Positions 52,769-64,000 of a DNA stretch of 64,000 nt are shown piece by piece. Source of the DNA: Octopus vulgaris. Taxonomy: Eukaryota. Both the position numbers and the translations under genes were made by a program. Numbering within the stretch: the stretch's first letter is position 1; each line of letters begins with the position of its first letter. Location of the stretch: assembly GCA_951406725.2 (NCBI GenBank), contig OX597831.1:21018001-21082000 (forward strand), read 5' to 3'. Under the pieces are notes generated by a model. The model did not search any database. It was not told the origin of the DNA and worked only from the letters and a program-made list of their open reading frames with translations.

Positions 52769-53491
52769 GTTATGCATTCTAAATCTTCTGTTGGTTTCGA
52801 GGAAAACTCCAACAGTAACTGTACTTCCCTTAAACTACACCCGTATTCATTTTATCTTCATAAGAAATAATGTAAGAGGCGTTACTTTCTTGTTACAAAT
52901 TAGTATAGTATTGTGAGTGTTGCCGTGACAGTTCTGTCCATATGTTTCTTGTAGGAAATAGTTTGTGCCTCGATTGAACATGATTTAATTTATAATCAAC
53001 CAGGTCCGTAGCGCAATCCCTGGATATATATTTGTGATAATGTGAGTAGTCCAGTGACTCTATCAGTCTCCCCGCGCTCTGTGCAACGTCCACCCACATC
53101 GATGTTACTGTATTTCGCCATTCTGGTCATGAAATCTTAATAGCGATTTACAGGTTTTTCTCTGAATATTTTTCACGAGCGTGCGTTGACGAATCTCACC
53201 TAGAGTTCAACATAGCTCAGCTAATCTCAAACTATTTTAGCTCGCCTGTCAATGTCGTTACATATGAAGTGACATAAAAATCTTATGCGGACAGTTTGCA
53301 AAGGCCTGAGCAGCTGACGTAAAGCACTGCTTAATGAGCTCTCCTTGAAAAAGGAACAGGATGGTCCCTTAACAATGGTATTCTCTGTTTGATTAACTCA
53401 TACCGCCTACATTCGTGTGTGCATGCGTGTGTGTTAATGTGTGTGTATGTATGTGTATGTATGTGTGCATGTGTGTCTGCGTATATATGCA

Positions 53492-53890
53492 TACTCTTTA
53501 CTCTTTTACCTGTTTCAGTCATTTGACTGCGGCCATGCTGGAGCCTTCCGTCGAGCAAATCGCCCCCAGGATTATTCTTTGTAAGCCTAGTACTTATTCT
53601 ATCGGTCTCTTTTGCCGAACCGCTAAGTTACGGGGACATAAACATACCAACATCGGTTGTCAAGCATCGGGGACATAGACACACGCACACACACACACAA
53701 ACACACACACACACACATACATATATACGACGGGCATCTTTCAGTTTCCGTCTACCAAATCCACTCGCAAGGCTTTGGTCGACCCGCGGTTATAGTAGAA
53801 GACACTTGCCCAAGGTGGCACGCAGTGGGACTGAATCCGGAACCATGTTATTGGTAAGCAAGCTACTTACCACACAGCCACTCCTGCGCC
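53492..53890 (-). mobile_element. Full-length family A SINE
   Basis: Reverse complement of 36580-36950. Confidence 0.92.
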
Positions 53891-54744
53891 TGTGTATGTA
53901 TATGTATTTGTGAAACTGAACAGAAGCCCATTGTATTTATATGTGTGTGTATGTGTATCTATCTACATGCGTGTCTTTATGATTGTCCCTTATTAATCCT
54001 CGGTTAATGGTGTTGCTTTGTTTACATCCCCGTAACCGAGCGGCTTGGCGAAGGAAAGGCGCTAGAATAACGGCTAGGTTTGAAACAAAAATAAGTATCG
54101 TTCCATAAAAAATCTTCAAGGTAGTCCCACGACTGAAAAAAGTAATGGATAAAAGAAATATATTGCTTGTTTGTTCTGCACAAAATAGCGTATATTTAAG
54201 ATCTAGATTCAGCCAATCAATATTGAGCTCTCTTTCGAAACTCGGACAAGTGTGATAAAATGAGTATAATCCATATATTGATCTTTATAATTTGAAATTG
54301 TCTGGAGTATTGATTTCTAAATATATCATTCTTTTAAATTGTTTTACAGATTACGTCACGTACTGTCTATCTGCAGTCTATCTTTCTCTCCCCACTCTAT
54401 ATGTGGGTAAAAGTAAGCATGTATGTATATATGTATATGTGTATGTATGTATGCATGTATGTATACGTATGTACGTGCATGTGTTTGTATGAATGTATAT
54501 ATATATTTATATATATGTGTGTATATATGTATATATATATGTATATATATATGTATATATATATATGTATATATATGTATATATATATATATATAACCAA
54601 AAAAGTTCGTTTCTATGTTTTTGCATTTATGTTTTCGTTTCTCATTGTATTCAAGGTTTTTTTGATGTCCCGTACCCATATATGCATGTATATATATATA
54701 TATATACATATATATGTAGGTATGTACATATGTGTATGTATGTA

Positions 54745-54824
<80 letters not shown>

Positions 54825-55578
54825 TGTATATGTATATATATATATATATGCATTATGTATATGTATAAGAATGTATATGTCTATATACGTATACATGTCT
54901 TTCTCTCCCTCCCTTTCTCTTTCTCTCTTTCTTTCGAAATAAATATATCTATATATAAATACATACACACACACACACATATATATATATATATTTACAT
55001 ATGCAGATACAGCGAGAGAGAGAAAAAGAGAGTGGAAGAGAGAGACAGAGTGAGTGAAAGAGGGAAAGAAAGAAAGTGAGAGTGAATTGGCTCTAATATT
55101 GGATGGTATATTATGTATCGAATCCGAAACGGTCTGAGGCACAAATGACTTCGGTCGGACGGATGTGAAGTTAGAGCGCAATTAATTGGAATGAATAGAC
55201 TTGACATGCATATCTCACACTTCGACGATTCTATCATTTCAAAGAGCGTGTGCTTATCTACATAGGTGTATGTGTGTGGATGTGTGCATATATTCGTCTT
55301 CAATTTGCCTGTTTTAATCATTGGAATGCAACCACACAAGACGTGGCTTGGAAAGGTTTCGTGAACAAATCGACCCAAATACTTATATACATTACTTTAT
55401 GTTTCGCACTTCTATCGGGCTCTTATTACCGAAGCACTAGAACAAATTTTCTCAAACGGGGTTCCCCAATACACTAGGATTCCGCAAAAGGTTTCTAGGG
55501 TGTTCCACGAGAAAGAGTGAAACAAGCTAATGCTACACACTAACACATACACACACACACACTTATCTCTATATATAG

Positions 55579-56385
<807 letters not shown>

Positions 56386-56398
56386 TAATACACACAGT

Positions 56399-56818
56399 AG
56401 GCGCAGGAGTGACTGTGCGGTAAGTAGCTTGCTTACAAACCATATGATTCTGGGTTCAGTCCCACTGCCTGACAGCTTGGACAAGTGTCTTCTACTATAG
56501 CCTTGGGCCGACCAAAGCCTTGTGAGTGGATTTGGTAGACGGAAACTTAAAGAAGCCCGTCATATATATGTATATGCATATATATGTTTGTGTGTGTTTC
56601 TGTCTGTGTTTGTCACTTAACATCGCCTGGCACGCGATGCTGGTGTGTTATGTCCACGTAAGCTAGCGGTTCGGCAAAAGAGTCCGATAGAATAAGTACT
56701 AGGCTTACAAAGAATAGGTCCTGGCTTTGGTTTACTCTACTAAAGGCAGTGCTCCAGCATGGGCGCAGTCAAATGATTGAAAAAGTAAAAGAGTAAAAGA
56801 GTAAAAGAGTAAAGAGTA
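56399..56818 (+). mobile_element. Full-length family A SINE
   Basis: Head GGCGCAGGAGTGACTGTGCGG and a (GTAAAAGA)n tail. Confidence 0.92.
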
Positions 56819-56973
56819 ACACATACACACACACACACATATATTTACATATGTATACTTGTATGTGGATGAACTATATATATATATATATATATATCGG
56901 AGTAAACACATAAATGTGAAACAAGGTGGAAAAAAGAGTACTCAAATACCAGTGGTAGAGTAATATTCTTTAT

Positions 56974-57211
<238 letters not shown>

Positions 57212-57760
57212 GTATGTATATATATATATATATTTGCATGTTGTATACCGAAGCGCATACGCACGTCAGCACCGTGTGCGTATCAGCGTGCAGAAAAATA
57301 ACAAAGGGGTATGATAACATATCAAACCATGATGACATCGGGAATCAATAATTCCTGTGAATAGGAAACTTCACTGCTTCTTCGATAAACACCATTTTTG
57401 ATTACGATAAGAATTCTCATTGTTTTCGATCTCATTTCTGTTTTGCATTTTATTTGTATTTTTTTTCCTTTCATTTTATTCTCCTCCGTTTTGTGTTTTA
57501 CTTATTTACATATTTTCTTTCACTTTTGCTGTTTGAAAAATTTTTTTTAATGTTTTTCGTTTAGTTTTTATTTGTGTTCTTGGCGCTGTTGTTTATGTTT
57601 GCGATTTTTAGTCTTCCAGTGTTATGCATTTGAGAGGTATGTATACGTTACGTACCTTTGTATGTATATAAACGTGGCTGTATATATTTCTATTTCTTTC
57701 TGTCTATACTTGTTTGCATGCATGCGCCTATGAATAAGTGTGTGTATATGTATGTGTGTG

Positions 57761-57834
<74 letters not shown>

Positions 57835-57976
57835 TAAACATATATATATATATAAATATATATATATACATATACATATACTTTCATCAGAGCACACCGA
57901 CACACATATGAACATGTAAATATGTAAATATATATGTGAATATATATACACATGTATTTATATATATATATATATA

Positions 57977-58024
<48 letters not shown>

Positions 58025-58066
58025 TATATATACATACATGGCCACAAACATATATATATATATATG

Positions 58067-58119
<53 letters not shown>

Positions 58120-58331
58120 GTATGTATGGATGGATCCATGTATGTATGTATATACATATACACAAACGCACACACTCACACATGTATTTTTCGAGTAGAA
58201 TGTATTACAGTAAACCGTTGAGTTATTAGGAGTCAATGACTTTAATGCCACCGTGAAGTGTTTCACGTGGTAGATTAAACATGATCACACACGCACACAT
58301 ACACATCCAAACAAACACACATATATGTATG

Positions 58332-58381
<50 letters not shown>

Positions 58382-58816
58382 CGTGTGTGTGTTTGTGTGT
58401 CTGAGTAGTTGTTGATTGCAAGTTTATGCCATTTCTTCCATTTTCCTATTTTATTCTCTGTCACATTTTCCTTCTTCTTCTTCTTCTTCTTCTTCTTCTT
58501 CTTCTTCTTCTTCTTCTTCTTCTTCATGTTCTTTTTCTTCTTGTTCTTGTTCTTGTTCTTCTCTTTCTTCTTCTTCTTCTTCTTCTTCTTCTTCTTCGTC
58601 TTTTCCTTCTACTTCTTTTTCTTCCTCTTCTTCTTCTTTTTCGTCTTCTTCTTCTTTTTCTTCCTCTTCTTCTTCTTTTTCTTCTTCTTCTTTTCTTCCT
58701 CCTCCTCCTATTCGTCCTCCCCTCCTCCCCCTCCTCCTCCTTCTTTTCCTTCTTCTTTTTCTCCCCCTCCTCCCCCTCCTCCTCCTCCTCCTCCTCCTCC
58801 TCCTTCTCCTCTTTCT

Positions 58817-58848
<32 letters not shown>

Positions 58849-59490
58849 TTCTTCTACTACATCTTCGTTTTCTCTATTTCTATCACCCTCCACTTCTATT
58901 TCTTTCCTATTTTTCTTATTCCATTTTTATTACTTTTCCCCCACCGCCACTATCACAACCACCTCAACACCACCATCACCACCATCACCACCACCACCAC
59001 CACCACAGCCAATACCACTTCCACCGCCCCACCACCAAAAACAACAACAACAACAACAGTAGTACAAGAACGGCGATTACAACAATCAGCACCGCCAAAC
59101 ACCTCAACCAGCAAAAGCAGCAGCAGCACAACCACCACCACCACCACCACCACCACCATGACCTCCACCATAACCCCCCCACACTAAACCCCACCAACAC
59201 TACTACGAGTCTCACTACTTTCTGTTTCCCCCTCTTCCTCATCCCCTTCGCCTTCAACACCTCTCCTCTCATCCAGCAATAAGACGTAGTAGATACCCGT
59301 CCAATTCATTGATTCTATAATAGAGATGATATTTAATAAGATACCGTGTTTTTTTTCTCTCAAGCACACACTCACACATACATACATACGCATAGGTACT
59401 CAGCCACAAGCACATATACACACAAGGAACCATACATACACATATTTCGATGAAATAGTTCACCTTTGAGTTTATTTTTGTATGTATGTG

Positions 59491-59589
<99 letters not shown>

Positions 59590-60191
59590 GTCTATCTCTC
59601 CTTCTCTGTAAGTACACACATACATATATATATACATATGTATATATTTATAAATATTATACACAAATATACATATACATACACACATACACATATACAT
59701 ACATACGTACATGCATACATACATTTATTAATGTGTGGGTATGTGTTTGTGTATCTCTTTGTACATATATATTTGTGTAATCGGTTTTAGGTGAGTTGTT
59801 ATTTATTGATGTTTATATATTTTATGTATTTCTTTTTTTTTCCCCTCTTCATGTTTTTATATTTACGTACGAAGTTTATGTTGAACATTGCCGAGTGGCA
59901 TCAAAAATATTCTACCGTTGTCTGAGTGTATCACCACACCCTGTTCCTCACCCTCAACCTCACTCGGTGTGTTTGCGAATTTCTTTCTTCATTGACACAC
60001 GCACACACAAAAACACACGCACGCAAGTGCCCGCATGTGCGTAAGTGCTCATATTTGTGTATACATGCATATAGATATTTGTACGTATGTGTGTGTGTGT
60101 GTGAGTGTGTGCGTAAATATTTATCGATGTACGGATACATAGGTATATATTTACATCATACATATATTAGGTATGTATGTATACATGTATA

Positions 60192-60233
<42 letters not shown>

Positions 60234-60272
60234 CATACATATATATAGATAGATATATATAGATATACATAT

Positions 60273-60323
<51 letters not shown>

Positions 60324-60391
60324 AGTACATATATATACATATATACATATATATATATTCATATATGTACATACAAAGATACATACATACA

Positions 60392-60433
<42 letters not shown>

Positions 60434-60461
60434 GCATATACCCAGATACACACATAATTCC

Positions 60462-60510
<49 letters not shown>

Positions 60511-61732
60511 AATTCGTTCTTTCTTAAGTTTGAGAAAACCACCAGTTGTTCTGTTCTTTCCATACAAACACACAGACACACGCACATACATACATACATA
60601 CATACATACATACATACATACATACATACATACATACATACATACACACACACATACACGCACACAAACATACACACGAACATAGAATTTTAAAAAAAAA
60701 GTATAGAACATAAAAGAAGCACAGGTACAGAATATTGTTTAAAATTACAAATAAAACCACAATATATCGCCCCTCCACATATACCCAAACAAAAAGAACC
60801 ATTTAAATAATCATAAAATATCGGTTTGAAAACACAAGGAATTAAATTATATGAAATCACAGCGTTTATATGAGACGTATTCACTTTTATATAACGGTGC
60901 ATTGAAAATGTGAAAAATAAATAAACATAGAATGCGTCTTTAATCACTGTGTGTAGAATATTTTATCCCAAATTCCTCCCCGTAGACTACACTTTTATCA
61001 CTTAGAATAATCGACAAATTAATATGCCATTATCTGCCGCTAGATGTCGTTATCGTTTTCCAATAAATCCTGCAAGTATATATTTTCGCATTTTCGTCGC
61101 TTAGAGGTCGTGGTTGTTTTGTTGCAGAGTCTTTGAACAGGAAGTTGCAAATGATTCGTGTATAAGTTTAACGAAAATAGATTGTTATGGGTTCACAATG
61201 CTGTCTTGGTTAAGATCAGATGTTCACAGAGTGTGCAGTACTGTCCCTTTTACGGGTTAGTGGAAAGATCTAGTGTTGTTGGTGGTGGATGGGGGCGTTG
61301 AAGAAAATTGGCCAACAAGAGCGATAGATGTAAAATCCTCCAAAATAATGGGTTAATCAGATCAAGTTTTATTTCTGGTATACAGTTGTTCTGAATTTGT
61401 TGTAGAAAGTAGTTTATGTTAGTAATGGTGAGCGGATGGGAGTCCCTAGGAATATTACCCGAGAGACAAGGGGGCGGGAGCGTGATTAATTTTGGAAACC
61501 ACTGGTCTAGATAAAACCTAATGATTTCTGTGTGATTTTTAACTTATACAACATATTGATATAATAATATTATATCATAGACCAAGGTATGGCTGTGTGA
61601 TATGAAGTTTCCTTCCAAAACACATGTTTCTGGGTTCAGTAACTCTGCGTGGAATCTGGACCAAGTGTTAACCCAGGCTTGACCAACGTCATGCGAATGA
61701 ATTTTGTAGACAGAAATTGAATGAGCCACGCT

Positions 61733-61790
<58 letters not shown>

Positions 61791-62342
61791 GACGTGGTTT
61801 ATATATATATATATATTTTATAAAGGGCTTAGTAAAATTCGCCTTAAATGGTCCCTTTACATACTGAATTCGCCTTAAATGGTCCCTTTACATACTGAAT
61901 ACTTGGTGAAATTGATTAATAATTAATTAATTTTACCCTCAATTGTTGAAATTATATATATATATATATATACACGTATGTATCTATATATATGTGTGTG
62001 TGTGTGTGTGTAAGGGTGTGAGTTTCGTTTTTGTCCACCGCACCTGCTTGAGAACCGGTGCTGGTTTTTTATCCTCACGTAATTTCCCGGCAAAAAATGC
62101 CCGAAAAGCGAAGTATCAAGCTTAGAAGTAAAAGGAAAAATAACGGGTTCGATTTCTTCGGCTAATCCTTTCTAGGCATTCTTCAAATATGGTTCATTTC
62201 TATTGACAGGAAAATCTAGAAGAAAAAGATGTTCCAGTAAAAAAAAACACACAAAAAAACACGAGAATTGAGAGCTCAAGCTGTCACTAAACTTGAATAC
62301 GTTATTACAATGCAGAAAATCCAAATAGAGTAAACTTGTGTG

Positions 62343-62704
62343 TACGAAGGAAAGTCAAAAGCTATCCGCACTTACGCCATAACATATCTTTATCCTAGTC
62401 ACACTGCCTTCTGCGCATGCATGCTTTTATAGTTGGTACTATGGTAGTCACGTGATCGAAGTTTGAGCATGATCGCGCCATTTTTCTTTCTGGCTTTATA
62501 GTGTAAGCATGGCCGCTCCACTAACAATGTGCACCAAAGAAGAACAAAGAGCAGTGATCCGATTTGTCTGGTCAGAAAGTGTCAGGTGCTGAAATTCATC
62601 GGAGGCTTTTACCACCAAACGGTGACAGTACACTACCGCGTAGAAGTGTGTATAAATGGATCAAGAAGTTTAAAAGTGGCTGGAAAAGTGTGGCGCATGA
62701 AGGG
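62343..62704 (+). mobile_element. 5' part of a second mariner family (frameshifted)
   Basis: TA-CGAAGGAAAGTCAAAAG TIR-like start. ATG at 62509: [23 protein letters not shown] / [10 protein letters not shown]...[27 protein letters not shown] (mariner N-terminal HTH). Confidence 0.85.
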
Positions 62705-63842
62705 GAACAAAAGGGGTGTAGACGTAAGTGTAGAGGAACTAAGGATCAATTACTAATCCTGGCTGATTGCAAGAAGAGACACAAAAAATTGACTATGGCA
62801 TGGATGGACTACAGGAAATCATATGGCATGGTCTCACACTCGTGCATTATTGAATGCCTTAATCTGCTTAAGGTCTCCCACAACATTCTGAAGAAAAAAA
62901 AGAAAACTCAATGGCAACATGGCAATCTGAACTTACAGTATAGGGAGATAAGCTGGGAGAGGTAAATATCAAAAGATCAATCTTTCAAGGGGACAGTCTG
63001 TCGCCTCTCCTATTTGTTGTCTGCATACTGCCACTAACCAGCGTTCTAAGAAAGATGCGTGTGGAGTACATGGTAGGCAGGGTGAAAGTAAACAACCTGT
63101 GGTTTATGGATGACCTAAAGGTATTTGCTAAGACTGAGAAAGAAGTTGAGAGTTTGACGGCAAATGTCCAGATGATTAGCGAAGATATTGAGCATGGAAT
63201 TTGGGATCGAGAAATATGGTGTAATGATTATCAAAATGGAGAAAATCACTAAAAACCAAGGGATCAAGCTGGAAAGGGACGAAACTATAAAGGAAGTCGG
63301 AGAGGAAGGACATAAGTACCTGGGTATCATTTAAAGAGGTAAGGTGAATGAAAACAAGATAAAAGAAATGTACAGGAAAGAGTATTTGAGGAGATCTCGG
63401 CTTGTGCTCCAATCGACGTTAAATGGTCGCTATAAGATTGGCGCAGTTAATATGCTGGCGGTTGCTTTGATGATATATGGAGCATGAATAGTATCTTGGA
63501 AGAAGAATGATTTACAAGAGATAGACCGGTGAACACATAAATGAATGACAATGAACAAGAATAATGTGTCAAGATTGTATGTAAAAAGGAAAGAAATAGT
63601 ACAGGGATTCGTGTGAAGGTTGTGTAGCAGAAGAGGAGAATAGCCTGGCTTGGTATGTCAAAGGGAGTAAAGAAGAAATTATTGAAGCAGTAAAAATGCA
63701 GGGAACCTTAAAAGTGAACGAAGCCGAAGATTCAACACGTTTTAAGAAAGACAGAGAGAACAGATGAGGAAATTTGGCGGGACAAGAAAATGTGCGGTCA
63801 GTTCTTGAAGAATAAAGATGAGATTAATTGCAATAGAACCTG
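62705..63842 (+). pseudogene. Decayed R4/Dong-like non-LTR reverse transcriptase
   Basis: [33 protein letters not shown]; IKRSIFQGDSLSPLLF; NNLWFMDDLKVFAK; KYLG. Several frameshifts and stops. Confidence 0.9.
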
Positions 63843-63893
63843 GCGATCCTCTGACCGCGAGTCCGCTGCCCTAACCACTGGGCCATTGCGCCT
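63843..63893 (-). mobile_element. SINE head B fragment
   Basis: GCGATCCTCTGACCGCGAGTCCGCTGCCCTAACCACTGGGCCATTGCGCCTC is the reverse complement of the 29811 head. Confidence 0.85.
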
Positions 63894-63909
63894 CATAATG
63901 CGCCCTTTT

Positions 63910-64000
63910 AAAGCCTAGCCAGGCTCATGGGCCCAGTTTCCCAATTTCAATGGCGTGTGTGTTCCCCAGCTGGACGGGACGCCAGTCCATCGCAGCGTTA
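63910..64000 (-). mobile_element. 3' part of another SINE (tail Z-like), running off the window
   Basis: GGCTCATGGGCCCAGTTTCCC...CTGGACGGGACGCCAGTCCATCGCAG resembles 6869-6941. Confidence 0.7.

Noticed and set aside
52893-53099. Peptide faintly like a Tc1 DDE region (MWV..., NIWTELSR)
   Set aside because: Too degenerate to call without a search.
61837-61900. ~31-bp direct duplication (also a ~63-bp one at 12785-12905)
   Set aside because: Ordinary local slippage with no further structure.

Overview
This is AT-rich eukaryotic intergenic or intronic DNA, saturated with microsatellites ((TA)n, (CA)n, (GA)n, (TAA)n, (GAA)n, (TATC)n). The repeat families look cephalopod, probably Octopus (inference). 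I could not identify any host protein-coding exon; nearly all listed ORFs are translated microsatellites. Recognisable content: many tRNA-derived SINEs (CORE-like, Deu/Nin-domain and modular types, several with TSDs); decayed mariner/Tc1 transposons; decayed R4/Dong-, CR1- and RTE-like LINE pieces; a 5.6-kb CCAA-rich higher-order satellite ending in a fold-back; and an orphan 18S rRNA 5' fragment. The main finding is a hammerhead-ribozyme (HHR) system. At 50.8-52.4 kb a near-identical 505-bp tandem array (about 2.8 copies plus an inverted terminal copy) carries an intact-core type I HHR in every unit, like a retrozyme or Penelope pLTR. At least five other non-coding elements carry intact or degenerate type I HHR motifs; most are fold-back hairpins lying in or near (TA)n tracts.
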